The notes: generated by a model not told the origin, from the sequence alone. A stretch of DNA of 63,884 nucleotides, filler included, from Octopus bimaculoides (GCF_001194135.2; 5 parts of 5 records of this genome joined end to end with filler, not necessarily neighbours in it), one strand, 5' to 3'; numbered from the whole stretch's first letter, positions 40,561 through 54,891 are shown. A program made the numbers and translations.

Positions 40561-41389
40561 ATTGCTGTACTTGAGAAGACTTGCCCACCACAACAGAATT
40601 GAGATCCTAAAACCAAAGTGCCACTTAAAAGGCATTGGTGTGGGTACTGGTTCCACATAAAAAGCATCCAGTACACTCTATAGAGTGCTTGGTGTTAGGA
40701 AGGGCATCCAGACATAGAAGCTAAGCCAAAACACACCATGGTACCTTGTGCAGCCCCTGGCTTTGCTAGCTCCTGTCAAGCTGTCCAATATGGATTGGAC
40801 AGCTTGACAGGAAAATGGGTGTTAAATGTTGATGATAATGAAAGAAAGTATCCAGTTGGAAATTATTGGGAATCACTCAAGAAATCTTAAACAACTCAAA
40901 CAAATTTGTGAGATACAGGTATGAGAGAATAGCTTTAGAAAACACCATGTTTAATGGATTATGTTAAAAATTTTATATTTATATTGTTTTTTTTAAAAAA
41001 TCAAATGCCACTATATTTATAGTTTTAAAGCCATGCTAAATGTATTTAGTGAAACAAAACTTTAGGAGTAAAAGTTTTTTAAACATTAAATTGTCTGAGC
41101 ATAAATTCAGCAATAAGATCAATATTGCTACAACAACATTCTGAAAATAGTAATATGAATAATTTCTCTCTCTTCCTGCCTATCTACTCACTCTTTTCCC
41201 AATTTCTTTTTCTCTCTTTTTACACACACACGTATGCACACACAAGAGTTGTATTGAAACTAATACAAAAATAAGTATAACTTTTTAAATTTGTTTATGA
41301 ATTGATATAAGTTATTCTAAGTGAACATGGTAGAGTGACTTTTCCTCTATAGTAACTCTTCTTCCTGTTTTTCATTACAGGAAAATAAT

Positions 41390-42246
41390 GGGTTCTAAGC
41401 AGAAACATACTGTCATTGAGTTCTTGAATGAGGGGTACAAACTGTCTGATATTTACAGAATGCTACAAGTAGTTTACAGAGATGACACCATTGACAAGAG
41501 GAATGTGCACATATGGATAAAGAAAGTTTAAAAAGGTGGAAAACCATCAACTATAACCATTAGCATGAACCACAAACAACTGGACAAATTGATTTGCACA
41601 ACTAGAATGTGTTCTGGAAAACCCTAGATATCAGATAGTGTATGTGCAAAGTGGGTATTTCAGCAGTTGGAATATTTGAAGACAACGCAGACATGATCTT
41701 TTTCTAATCTGGTGACGGCCTGAAACATGGATGTATTTTTTATAATTTTGAAACAAAGGTTCAGACTATGAAAAGGCATGATACCATTTTTTCAAAAGTG
41801 AGCAATGAGCAAAGAAAGTCATGGTGGCTATTTTTTGGTATGACAAGGACATTATTGCTTTAGGTTTTCTAGAATAAGGCTGTACCAAGAACAGCAAGTA
41901 GTAGTACACTGAGAAACTCAAAAAGATTATGAACCCATTAGGAGGAAAATGATCCATACCATGAAAATGCATGGCTACACACATCTTTGGCAACAAATTA
42001 GGCAATAGACAAAGTGATTTGGTCTGTGGTGCTTCATCCACTGTATAACCTGGATCTGTGCTGACTTCTACCTTTTCTGCAGTGAAGAACAGTCTTCAGG
42101 GACAAAGATTTGAGAACACAGACAAGGCAAACATGGTAGTAAAGAAGTGGGTACTACTTTACACATCTGAATTTTTTCGAAGAAGATTTAAGAGTTGAGT
42201 TCAGTGATGGCATAAATGCATTGCTTCTGATGGAGACTATGTTGAG
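41390..42246 (+). mobile_element. Second mariner transposase remnant
   Basis: KHTVIEFLNEG...VYRDDTID, AKKVMVAIFWYDKDII, and terminal WHKCIASDGDYVE. Confidence 0.8.
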
Positions 42247-45200
42247 TAGGACTTTTGTATAGAGAAAAAGTCACTCTATCCACATGTAAAAAGCACCCTT
42301 CAAACTTTGGGCCTCATGGAGGCAGTGATAAGCAACTGAGACCTTTGGCGATATACCGTGCTTGAGAAGACCTGTCAACCCAAGTGAGTTGTGAGCCAAT
42401 GCCAGTGTTTCATAACTAGCCCCCATGTCAGTAGCATGTAAAAACACCCTCTACACTCTTACAGTGGTTGGCATTAAGAAGGGCATCCAGCTGTAGAAAC
42501 CATGCCAAATCAGATTGAAACCTGCTGCAGCTTACCAGTTTTTAGTCAAACCGTCCAACCCATGCCAGCATAGAAAACAGACATTAAATGATGATGTTTG
42601 TTAGTAAAAAGGCTTTTGCAATATTTTTGGTACAATCTTTGTGTGTGTGTGTGTGTAGTTGTATACATAGTATATGTAATATATATATCATTATCATTGT
42701 TGCCATCATCGTCATTTAATATCCATCTTTCATACTGGCATGGGTTAAATTGTTTGACAGGATCTTGCAAGTTGCAAGGTTGCATCAAGCTCCAATTTCA
42801 GATTTGGCATGGTTTCTATGGCTGGATACACTTTCTAATGCCAACCACTCTACAACATGTACTGAGTGCTTTTTTCATGCCACTGGCCACCAAATTATAT
42901 TCCCTCATGCACTACACCTGCCCCTCTTCTGTAACCCTTGATCCTGTAACCTACCCAACCACATGTCAACTCTCTCTTAGTCACCCTGTAAACTATATCA
43001 CCATTACTATCACTATTATTAATCTGCCGCTCTACCTTCCTCAACTCAGGCATCATTCGCCATCCAGTATTCTCTACATCCATCTTTCAATCCTACTCAA
43101 TTATTAAAGCTGTTGTCCACTTCCCTTCTTCCCATATCCCTCTCTCCTGTACACTCTTACAACCCCCACAAACCTGCCACACATCTTGTTTCTCTGTCAC
43201 AACATACTTCTATTCATCTCACACCTTGTGCAGTCACTTGGACTGACAGCTCCTACAGACTGTCCTCACTCTGTGTCCTAAAGGTAAGTAACCATGTAGT
43301 TCCTTCACAAGAAGCTTCTTGCCCTTAAATACCTCCCTCCCTTCATTTCTTTCATACTTGAATAACCCATCTCTAAATATATTTTCCCCTCCCCAGTAGT
43401 CTCTCAAGCTACATTGAAACCACACTAATGTTAGTGGTTGGAAGAAAGCACCCAGTAAACACTGCAAAGTGGTTGCCATTAGAAAGGGCATCCAGTCATA
43501 GAAACTGTGCCACAACAGGGTGTTTTGTAGAGTAGTCTATTGTGACCTTAATACTCTGGTGGACGGAGTTGCTGGATGCTCTCCATAGTATTAGTTTCTA
43601 TTTCTTTTTCATAGCCTAAAACCACCTTGGTAATGCTTGTCCATGAGGGGCTCTGTCCCGTCAACTTTCTCTCTCCCACCTACGTTTCATTCCCTAACAC
43701 CCAAAAAGTACTGGTTATGGTACCACAAAAAACACTGGTGCTGGTGCCATGAAAAAAGCACCCAGTACACTCTATAAAGTGTTTAGCATTAGGAAGGGTA
43801 TCCAGTAGTAGAAACCAAGCCAAAACAGACTATGAAACCTGATGCAGGTTCTGGCCTTATCAGCTCCTTTCAAACCATGCCAGTATGGAAAATGGACATT
43901 AAATGATGATGATGATGATAATACATCACACAATATTAGGAAGCTACCCGAAGTAATTTCATAGCATAAAAATGTTATGAGAATAGATATCACATGTACT
44001 TATGCATCATGGATAGGAGAACAAATAGTGTGTATGACTGCGAGCTGAAGAATTGGAAATTCACATCCCATTGCCAGCATTATAAGTTTGTGACCAAGTA
44101 ACTAGCTTATAATAACCCCGAATAAATACAATTATAATATAGTTAACTGAGGGGAGGTAGGGTGGGTTACTTGAAAAACTATCAAGTGTGTTAATTTGTA
44201 CCACTGAATTCAACTACACTTATGAATATAGCTTGGAGAGAAATTAATGGATTTTACCAAGGTGATGCACCTCAAATACATTGTTTAATTGTCTTCAGTG
44301 ATAACTTCTAAAACAGAATGGATTATGAAATTCAACAAACATTCATTGTGCTTACATATATATTCACATGCATCTTGTGAGAGTATATATGTATATACTC
44401 TCACAAGATGAAAACATCTTATTTTTGTTCTAATAATAAAACAAAATCTCCAGTTTAACATTCTTTAGTGTCAGAACACAGTTTAGTTTGTTAAATGCAT
44501 ATATTTGACTATGTATGTGTGCAGTTGCAAAGCACGTATGTGTTTTTAAATGCAAGCACACAAAGGAAAGTGTGTAGAAAGTTGTTTCCCCTTTTATAGA
44601 TTTGCATCTTCTTGTAACCAAAAAAAAAGAAAGAAAAAAATTGATTAATAAAATAGTAATTGTTTAAATTGTTGATAAAAAAACATTTTGTTTATTTGTC
44701 TATTTATTTCCCCCACAACAGCACTATTACCAACTCTTTATCTCCATAAATTTGTCTATCAAATCAATCCAGTAAATGAAAGATTGGGATGTCTGATACA
44801 ATGTAGTTTTTTGGTATTAATGAAACAGAAATAGGAATAGTTTTCAATTGGGAAGAAAATGGGGTTAATTTTTGATGAGTGTTTTTTTATTTTAAGAGTT
44901 ATTTTAAGGAAGGGAATATTGTAGGACTGGATGAGTCATGTCATTATTTAAGTAATGAGTCATTAGAAAGGATGGAATGCTGGACTAGATATATTTACTT
45001 CCATACTTCTATATTCAGTGTTCAATTTCCACTGATGTTATCTTTGCTTCTCATTCCTATTTAGTTTATATAATAAGCACCAAGTATGTGCAGTGGGTCA
45101 TTCAGTTGACTATCCTTTATATTTGTGATTTTATGTTAGTTCTACCACATTACCAAAGACTATGCCATTAAATTCACTCCTCTCATGTTCTCTGCAATAA

Positions 45201-45469
45201 CATCATCATCACCAATATTTAACATGTTTTCCATTCTGGACGGTTTGACAGGAGCTGGCCCAGGTTCCATTTGTCTGTTTAGGCATGCTTTCTATGGCTG
45301 GATACTCTTCCGACTGCCAACCACTTTACAGAATATGCTGTGTCTTAATGTGGCACCAGTACGAGAGTGTTATATGTGGTGCTGGTACGAGTGCTTTTTA
45401 TACTGTGCCAGCACAGGCAGTAAAGGACTTGCCTGTATGCATGGAAGGTCACAATTTAACTTAACTTGA

Positions 45470-46190
45470 CATGTTTTATTAAGTACAGCAAATTGCCATA
45501 AATCTAGGTCTTTTATCATCTCCTCAGTGAGGCCCAATGTCTGAAGAGCCTTTCTCACCACCTTGTCCCATGTCTCTCTGGGTCTACCTTTTCCACAGGT
45601 TCCCTCCACAATTACAAATTGGCACTTCTTTATGCAGCTGTCCTCATCCATACACATCACATGATTATACCAGTGCAGTCTTCTCTCTTGCATGCAACAT
45701 CTAATACCTCTTATACGCAATTTTTCTCTTAAATCATTTACACTCTGTTATACAAACACACTGACTTTACCCATCCAACAAAGCATGCTGGCTTCATTTC
45801 TTTCAAGCCTTCTCAGATCCTTTGTAGTCATTGGGCAGGCTTCACTGCCATGCAGCATAGCTGTATGTACACAGGCATCATACAATCTAAGGGAAAATCT
45901 CTTTGTTACCAACAAAGGTGATAGCTCTCTGAACTTTGCCAAGCCATTCTTGTTCTAGCAGCTACGCTTTCAGAACTTCCTCCACCACTGCTAACTTGGC
46001 TGAAGTAATGGAAGCTATCTACTACTTCTAAGGATCCCACCGGGCACTTGAGGAAGTCTATATTCTGTTTATTCTTAGTGTTTATGGTACCTGCACATCT
46101 GCAACACACAAAAACTACTCTTTCAGTTAACCTTCCTGTGATACCACTGCACCTTTTATATGTCCATAGCTTGAGTAACATCTTTGATTA
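45470..46190 (-). mobile_element. RTE-clade LINE 3' fragment
   Basis: KFRELSPLL...RLYDACVHTAMLHGSE...RRLHWYNHVM...GRPRETW; same family as 39480-40560. Confidence 0.88.
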
Positions 46191-46659
46191 CCTTTTTTTT
46201 TTTTAAAGTTTTGTGAGTTCACAGTAACTTCATTAGTGCTGGTGCTATCTAAATAGCACTGAGTACATAGCGTAAAGTGGTTGGCATTAGGAAGTGCATC
46301 CAGCAACAGAAACCATGCCAAACCAAACATTGGAACTCAACACAGTCCTCCAACTCATCAGATCTTGTCTAACCTTCCAAAACATGCCAGTATGAAAGAT
46401 TTTGATGATGAAGCAGTATTGCTTATGGCTGAAAAGGTCATTGCTTGAGTGATATATTTTCTTGCAAAGGTCACAGCTGTTTGAGTTCAATGGCTTGTTG
46501 GTGTTGCTGTACTTTCTGTGTGCCAGCTTTTCTAATGCAGCATTCAAATTCATCTCTCCTCCCATCTTTAGTTAGCAGCTCAGGATATTCCTCCACTTCA
46601 CTTAGTCATCTATCTACAAAACTCTTCCAGGATTCTGTATAAATACCAAGTATCTTCAT

Positions 46660-46830
46660 ATCTCTCATGCAGATAAAGAAATGGAGAGGGCATTTCTCTG
46701 ATCTTTACTCCAGGGAGGAAACTAACACCATCATGAAATTGCTGACCATTGATGAAATGGACACAGAACCATCATAGGAAGAACTCAGTATAGCTATTAA
46801 AATCCTGTCTTCAGGCAAGGCTTCAGGAAG
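46660..46830 (+). mobile_element. Short RTE-like ORF2 fragment (endonuclease-RT linker)
   Basis: WRGHFSDLYSRE...EPS*EELSIAIKILSSGKASG. Confidence 0.55.
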
Positions 46831-46979
46831 TGCTGGGAATTGACTAATTTGACTACCTTATTGCTCTGATTGCACTAAGTTCAATTCCAGTACTGGCAAG
46901 GAGCCAACACTGGTATCACATGAGGAATGTCAAGATCATTGTCTTTCATATATCATTATTATTATTGCCTGTCATCCTT

Positions 46980-49200
46980 TTAAGTTTGATAAAACAAAGT
47001 ACCAACTAAATATTGGAGTTGATGTAATCAACTTTCCCCTTCTCAAAATTTGCTGGCCTTATACTAAAATTTGAAACAATTATCAAAAGGCAACAAACTG
47101 GCAGAATTGCTAGGATATTGGGCAAAATGCATTTCTTTTAACTTTGTTCTGAGTTCAAGTACCACCAAGGTCAACTTTGCTCTTCATCCTTCTGGGGCCA
47201 ATATAATCAACTAACACGCCTTACTCTAAAATTGCTGACAGAATTGTTAGTATGCTGGGCAAAATGCTTAGTGGCATTTCTTCCATCTTTGTTCTGAGTT
47301 CAAATTCCACTGAGATTGATTTTGCCTTTCATCCTTTCAGAGTTGATAAAATAAGTACCAGTTGAGCACGGGGGTGTCGATGTAATCAACTTACCCCCTT
47401 CTTCCCACCCAACTTGTGGACCTTGTGCCAAAATTTGAAACCATTACTAAAAAAATACTTTGCAGTATTTCTTCTCAGTTCAAATCCCAATGAGGTCAAC
47501 TTTGCTTTTCACCCTTCTCAACAAAATTTCTCTTAAAATTGTTGATCTTGTGTCTAAATAAGAAACCATTAGTGTTATTATTACTGTGAAGATCATCTTG
47601 CTGCCTTCCTTTGGCCAGGAACAGCAGGCTGCATTTCTTTGCCTGGTAACCTTAGCGAAAGAGGTTGTGTGGTGGACCAGATTGAAAGGGCTGAAGACAG
47701 ATACTTTCCTCTTTGGCCAAACCCTCATTAACTTTTTCAAGTTTCACTTGAAAAGGAAAGTGCTGCCTCCTAGGAATTTTGTTATAAGGTGGGTGATTGT
47801 TGCAAGAATGGGTCTACTCTGAATATAGGTTGAAGAAGGACGATGTGAAGAGAATATCTGCCCTCATGATCAGGGAGAGTGTGGTTTTGTGGTGTTTCCA
47901 TAAACGGCCCTAGGAAATCTCCCTCTTTTGGAGAATCATTCATTGTTATAATTTTATATTATTACTATTTTTCACTTTTGAAATATGTAATCCAACATTG
48001 TATTGTCCTGTACCGTCCCTAATGTATTTTGTGAACCCTTAGTGGTTAATAAAGAAAACAATATTATTATCACTACTATTATCATTCAGATGGCAAGCTG
48101 GCAGAATTGTTAGCATGCCAGGCAAAATGCTTGGCAGCATTTCGTCCCTCTTTACATTCTGAGTTCAAAGACTTTGCCTTTCTTTCTTTCAGGATAAATA
48201 AAATTAGTGCTAGTCAACTGCTGGGGATGATGGAATCAACTAGCTCCCTCCCACCAAATTTCAGACCTTGTGACTAGAGTAGAAAGAATTATTATTATTA
48301 TTATTATTATATAAGGTAGTGAGCTGGCAGAATTGTTAGTGATGAAAAAGTGTCTTGCAATATTTCTTTCAATTCATTACATTTTGAGTTCAAATTTTGC
48401 TGAAGTTTACTTTGCCTTTCATCCTTTTGGAGCTGATGTAATCAACTTAAGATAGCTAGCTTTGTTTTAAAATTAGAAAGAATTAAGTCAGCAAGCAATC
48501 AGAATTGTTAGCATGCTGTGCAAAAAAACTCAGCAGCATTTTCGTCATCTTTATGTTCTAAGTCCAAATTTCATCAAATTCCGACTGTTCTTTTCAACTT
48601 CTGAGACCAATCTGATCAACTACCCCACCCCAACCAAAATTTTAGGCCTTATGCCTATAGTAGAAAAGCTTTCTTTTTTCGTTACTATTGCTGCAAAATG
48701 CTTGGAGACATTTCATTCATCTTTGCATTCTGAGTTCAAATTTTGCTGAGATCAACTTTGCCTTTCATCATTTCGAGGTTGATAAAAGTACCAGTTAAGC
48801 ACTGGGGTCAATGTAATTAACTAGCCCCTCCCACCAAATTTCAGGTTTTGTGCTTATAGTAGAAAGGATTATTATTATTATCATTAAGGTTGGTAGAATC
48901 ATTAGAGCATCCCGCTAAATGCCTTGCAGTACTTCTTTTGCCAAAGCCAACTTAGCTTCTCATCTTCTGGAGTCAATAAAATAAAATACCAAACCCGAGT
49001 GTCAATTTCATTAATTAACTCTCTTCCTATAAAATTGCTACCTTGTAATTAAATTAGAGACCACTATTATCATTTATCATTATTTATCATCAGTATTTAT
49101 TCTGGCTCTTTATGTTCTAATCTCACAAAGGTCAACTTTGCCTTTCATCTTTCTGGGTCAATAAAATGAAGTACCAATCAAGTATAAGTTTTGGTTATAA
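46980..49200 (+). mobile_element. Cluster of nested, CpG-decayed SINE copies
   Basis: At least eight partial copies of the 20737 family (tggcagaattgttagc, caactttgcctttcatc). Confidence 0.8.
47588..47820 (+). mobile_element. Possible L1/Tx1-like LINE 3' fragment
   Basis: FLCLVTLAKEVVWWTR...FFKFHLKRK resembles Tx1 ORF2 C-termini; weak. Confidence 0.35.
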
Positions 49201-49630
49201 TCAACTATTTTTTCTCCATATGCTACCTCGTAGGATTTACACTAAATATTAAAAAAAAAAAGATAAAAGCATGGCTATATGGCTAAAGTTCCTTTTGCAT
49301 CTGTGTAGTTTTGGGTTCAGTCTCACTACATGGCACCTGTACTACTATAGCCCTGTACCAACCAATGCCTTAACAGTGAATTTTTGAATGGAAACTGTAT
49401 ATCTATCCTTTTTGTTAGCCCCTCTATCACCTGATAACCAGTGCTGGTTTGTTTATGTCCTTGTAATATAGCAGTTTAGCAAAACAGACTGATACAATAA
49501 GTACCAGACTTAAAATAAAAAGTACTGGTGTCAATTTGTTTGACTAACACCTTCAAGGCAATGTCCCAGGATGGTTGTAGTCCACTGACTGAAACAAGTA
49601 CACAATAAAAGTTATTGTCAATCCATTTCC

Positions 49631-49774
49631 TTAAAAATTAAAATTAGCATAAACAAAAAGACAAATAAAATTTTGAAAATAAGCGATTTCCTGAATAAAA
49701 TAAATTCAGGAAATAGCTTATTTTCAAAATTTTATTTACTTATCTTTTTGTTCATGCTAATTTTAATTTTTTAA
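49631..49774. repeat. AT-rich foldback palindrome (arms of about 66 and 71 bp, 7-nt loop)
   Basis: Arms 49631-49696 and 49704-49774 differ by two substitutions and small indels. Confidence 0.9.
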
Positions 49775-49834
49775 TCCTTTGCCATTTAATCAATACTGAG
49801 AGTTGCAATATAGTATAATAAAAAAAAAAAATAC

Positions 49835-50923
49835 AGATGCTCATATTGGATTTTGATAAAATACTGAAGAAGTTAACATAACAGTAGATTTATTATTGCT
49901 GTTTTGCCTCTAGTCAGCCCTAACTAAGCAGGTCTCTGATCAATGACATTAGCTATGATACCCTGACCTTTTCTTAGTTATTGCATATCTAGAATTACAT
50001 CATCCAATGTCCTTCTTGCTACAAAATGGTATGGCATCATTTAAGGGAGATTTGGTTGCTATTTTCAGCTCCTTTGCTTTGACAGCATGTATTCTAAATA
50101 GTGATTTTAGGGTTGAGTAGGCTGTTGATGCTTCAGGCTTCAAATATATATATATATATATTTTTTTATAGTTTTTATACAGTTGTTACAATTGCACCTT
50201 TCCCAACAAAGAACAATATAAGGAAAATGAAAACTATTAATGGGAATCACTAAATACTTGTCTGTAATATTATGCTCACATATAAGATATAGATATGATG
50301 TACAATGTCAGATATCTAGGGTATGACCTCAAAATTATAAGGGGGTTGGAATTGAGGCATTAATAATGACATTTATATCTGTCTCAGTATAAGTGAAATA
50401 GCTACAAACAGCAAGTATTGACAATTAGGTCACAGTTTTGTTAATAGCTTAGCTATACTCTTCACAGACCTTACCTTCTAATTTAGATAGAAATTTTTAG
50501 AGCAATATAACACCACCCCAATGTTGTAGAAAGAAATTAAATGAGCTGGGTTAATTTTTTTTCTCAAATGTTTTTTCTAATGTATCAAGTAATGAGCTAT
50601 TTACATCTAGGAAAATATGAATTTGTTGCTGAAGATACTAATTGTAAGGGTAAGTTAACCCAAATATTTATCTGATTACTGCTTTTTTGAAATATGGACT
50701 CAGTACTGCATGATAATGATACTCACAGCACAGGTTGTAACAAATAGTGCAACAATTTATAAATTAATTTAGCTAGCTACAACTGTTACCTAGCTAAATT
50801 ATAGATGCTCATATTGGATTTTGATAATAAAATACTGAAGAAGTTAACATAACAGTAGCTTTATTATTGCAGTTTTGCCTCTAGTCAGCCCTAACTAAGC
50901 AGGTCTATGATCAATGACATTAG
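49835..50923. repeat. Direct duplication of about 120 bp (49835-49952 and 50803-50923)
   Basis: agatgctcatattggattttgat...caatgacattag in both copies; three substitutions and a 3-nt indel. Confidence 0.9.
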
Positions 50924-53900
50924 TCCTCAGAACAAAGGAGAATGGATTTAAAGTGATAAATTGTTGCTCAAATATAAATGCCTTCAAGGTGAGATTAAGG
51001 ACAAAGACAGTTGCAAAAACTGACTTGAAAATCATCATCATCATCGTTTAACGTCCGTTTTCTAGCTGGTATGGGTTGGACGGTTTCACTGGGGACTGGC
51101 AAGCTAGGAGGCCACATCAGGCTATGTTTCTACAGCTGGAAGCCCTTCCTAACGCCAACCACTCGGAGAGTATAGTGGATGCTTTTTATGTGCCACCAGC
51201 ATAGGAGCCAGTCAGGTGGCACTCACATCGACCATGTTCGGATGGTGCTTTTTATGGGCTATTGGCACAGGAGCCAGTCAGGGCAGGGGAGCTGGCATTG
51301 ACCACGTTCAGATGGTGCTTTTTATGTTCCACCAGCACTGGCAACGGCCACAACTACAATTTTCATTTTTGATTTTACTTATAACCAATAAACGTTGGTG
51401 TGCTTTTAAAAGTAGTAAAGACAATTTCAAATGAAAACTTTTTATTGGAAACAGAACCTCCAAAACAATGATGGTTTAAAATATTAGCCTTCTCACATCA
51501 AAACATTTTTTGTTAACATTTCCTCAACAAGAGTTTAACAAGTTATACATGCTAATTTAAATAGTTAATAGAATAGCGATGTGAACAAGAAGACTAGAGA
51601 AATTATCAAATAGACAAGAGAAGATAGTTTTACAATATATATAAAGAGAAATAAAGTGCATGTTGATTGATAGTAAAATATCTTGTATGAATGTATTACT
51701 TTTGAATGTAAGGCATTTGTGTAAGTTTTGTGATTAGGAGAGTGAGTTATTGAACTTCTCCATTGATCATGTGCTTAAATATTACTTGTCATAGTTACTT
51801 GTGAGCTGTCACTCACATGTAACTATGACTTGATAGCAAGTAACGTGCTTTCACTAATTGTTTTATGTAGTTCTGAGTAAACCTAGACATTCTCTCAGCC
51901 CAGCAGAACGTTGAGGACACGACACCTAAAGGAAAACTGACTGGTACTCATTTTTAATTGTGTAGATTGGGGCAACATGAAATGAAGTTTCTTGCTCAAG
52001 GACAACATGTTGCCTGGCCTCGGAATTGAACTCATGACCTTATGATCATGAGGTCAACACCATAACCATCAGGTGATGTATCATCAAGTTAAAGTACTAG
52101 ACTACCAGATTAACAGAGACAGTTACCTGTGAGTGACTTTTCTTTTTTGAATTCTCTTCAGTACTTGAACTCTTGTGTTGACATTAGTCATGCGAAATGG
52201 TTTCAATTCCCAGTTGAAGTTATTTCATTTGGTTGAGGTAGTCATAGTAGTATTGTATCAAACTGATACAATACTACTATGTATTGTATCAGTTTTATCT
52301 TATTTTACATTCTGAGTTAAAATCCCAAGTTCAGCTATTCCTTTCATCTCCTTAGGGTCAACAGTAAGCACTGGATCAATTCAACTGACTGCATGCCTCC
52401 TCTAAAATTCACTGATTTTACATATAACAGTGATGGATATCTCAGTGCACAACAGCTTTTGATTTTCAGTTGATGTTATTTTGCTTTACATACACTGCAA
52501 TAAACTATAGAACAAGACATGAATGATACAAATTTCCATTTCCCTAAATTATAGGTCTTTTATACATAGAAATATGTAAGCTATTTGTGAGTACAGTGGT
52601 TAAGTTTGTAGTTAAGTACTTTTCATGTCATTTATGCAACTAAATCAATGTTCTTGGGAAAGGTGTCTTTTTAAATTGGTTTGGTCTATACCCAGGCTTC
52701 AGCGGACACTCTGAAACTGGTGAGGACAATGAGATTAACAGCTTCTTGAACAACTGCAAGTCAATAGTTGTGTAAAAAAATAAATAAATTTTAAAAAGTG
52801 GGAAAGAAGCCATAGAGCTGACTTTCTAGGAAAGAAGGATCAGGTATAATTAGTGTATAAATTGTGAGCAGGAGACATAAATTATTTCAGCCAAAGACAG
52901 CAACTTTTCAGAAATATTAGTTTTGTCCCAATATTTTCTGAGCTTCAGCAGTCGCGCAGTTCCACTACTCGGTTTCCGTTTTGATTCGTTTTTCATTCTC
53001 ATAAAATAAATGCCAACAATATAATGACTATTCATAACTACACTCTGTAAATATTTGCCTTGAGGCATTTAATTTTATTTTCATTTCTTCATAAAATTAT
53101 CCCAAGAAAGTCCAATACACAAGACAAGAACATGAAATATCTGTTCAACAGATATGTTGTCTTGACCTATTTGTCTCTCACAAGATGATTACTATTCTGA
53201 ATTGATGAGATCAAACTGACATATTCTTTTCCAATTTATTTAAATGCTGGAAATGCTGAACTGTTAATATCTGTCATAGTGAGCATTATCAACATCCATG
53301 TTCCATGCTAACTTGGGTTGGATGGTTTGCCAGGAACCAATGGGTGCATCATTCTAACTCTTACCTGCTTTTCAGAAAGGGATTTCTTATTCCACTAATC
53401 TTTAAAAGTACAACTGACTGGACAACTTGTTGACAGAACTGACAACAGCAATACCACATGTTGTAACTTCCACAGATGTAAACAAATAGAGATATACACA
53501 TACATACAATAGCTTCTTTCAGTTTTCACCTACCAAATCCATTTCTCCAAGGTGCCATGCAAAATATGAAATGGGGAAGTGAACTTCTCTCTCAACCACA
53601 CAGCCATGCCAGCACCTAATATCAACATTAAACCAAACAATGTATTAAGCTCCCTATACTTCATGTTCCAAGAGGCTTCTATAATCTATTATCATAACCA
53701 CTTGTTTATCATGTTTCTTCCAGGTGGCATAACTTGGTTTGAATCTACAATCTCTCTCTCCATGCATTGGTCAAGTAACATCTTATCTGCAGGGTCTAAT
53801 GTCCTCAAGTATTATGTTATTTCTGTTTCTTAAATTTGCATAAACCATCTGCCATTGAATTTACAGTGCACACAAAACACTTTGTAAGTAAATATTAACT

Positions 53901-53953
53901 CACATTAGACTAGCTATTTCTATTTTGTGATTCAGCTGATGCCTTCACTTTAA

Positions 53954-54891
53954 CCCTTTCATTACTAACCCGGCCGAGAGTACCCATTGTTATTTAAATG
54001 TATATTTGAACCCAAATCTCGTTAGTACATTCGTTAAAACACCTGATTTCACTTTGCAAACAGTTGAGTAATTGTATCTGACATTGTTTGGCGTGATATT
54101 TGAACTCAGTGAATTTTGGAAGGTTTTTTCCACATTTTTTGCGGCGTTAATTTTTTTCAACTTTGAAGATGGAGAGGAGTTTCATGCTATCAAGCAGTGA
54201 TTCCGAATTTGAAGGTTCTTCAACAGAAGATATGGAGATATCGAAGAAAAGAATGAATGAGCTACAAAAGCACAAGGTGAACGATAATGAATCGGATATT
54301 TCTGTGTCCGAAACTGAAAGCAGCGATTCTGAAAGTGGCGACGACGACAGCGAGGATGATTTTACACCAGATTGGAGTAAAGATTTAAAAAATATGTTTA
54401 TTAACATTTTTTCTGAGGAGACAGGGTCTACCCANNNNNNNNNNNNNNNNNNNNNNNNNNNNNNNNNNNNNNNNNNNNNNNNNNNNNNNNNNNNNNNNNN
54501 NNNNNNNNNNNNNNNNNNNNNNNNNNNNNNNNNNNNNNNNNNNNNNNNNNAGTTACCCAGAATAACAAATTACTGGAGCAATCAGGAACTTTTTGGCGAT
54601 GAATATATTTCCAGTATTATGAACGAGTACGATTCGTGAAGCTGAACCAATATTTACATGTGAGAGACACTAGCAGTACCCCAGTACGTTGAGAACTTTG
54701 AGACAAAAATTATGCAATAGAATTGATTAAGAACCCTTTCTTTAATTATGCTCCAAATATCACATTAATATGTTGATAAATAAAAAAAGTTACAGATGTT
54801 TAATGAGACTAGTCTAAATTCATGATTATTTTAGAATTTAATTGAAACTCATGAGGGGTGTATTTTGGTCAGAAATATAGTAACGAAAGGG
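53954..54891 (+). mobile_element. Internally deleted piggyBac element with both TIRs and TTAA target duplication
   Basis: TTAA(53950-53953)|CCCTTTCATTACTA ... TAGTAACGAAAGGG|TTAA(54892-54895); 14-bp TIRs with one mismatch. Inside: acidic N-terminus and LPRITNYWS...IM...FVKLNQYLHV transposase fragment. Confidence 0.9.

Noticed and set aside
40856-40918. 63-nt open segment ending in CAG|GTATGA as exon 2 of the 38.6-kb candidate
   Set aside because: The acceptor is preceded by purine-rich SINE tail sequence with no pyrimidine tract.
43284-43289. Perfect GTAAGT donor
   Set aside because: Lies inside retroelement-derived sequence with no plausible upstream acceptor and frame.
54163-54639. 158-aa acidic ORF as a host gene
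   Set aside because: It is the N-terminus of a deleted piggyBac transposase between TIRs.
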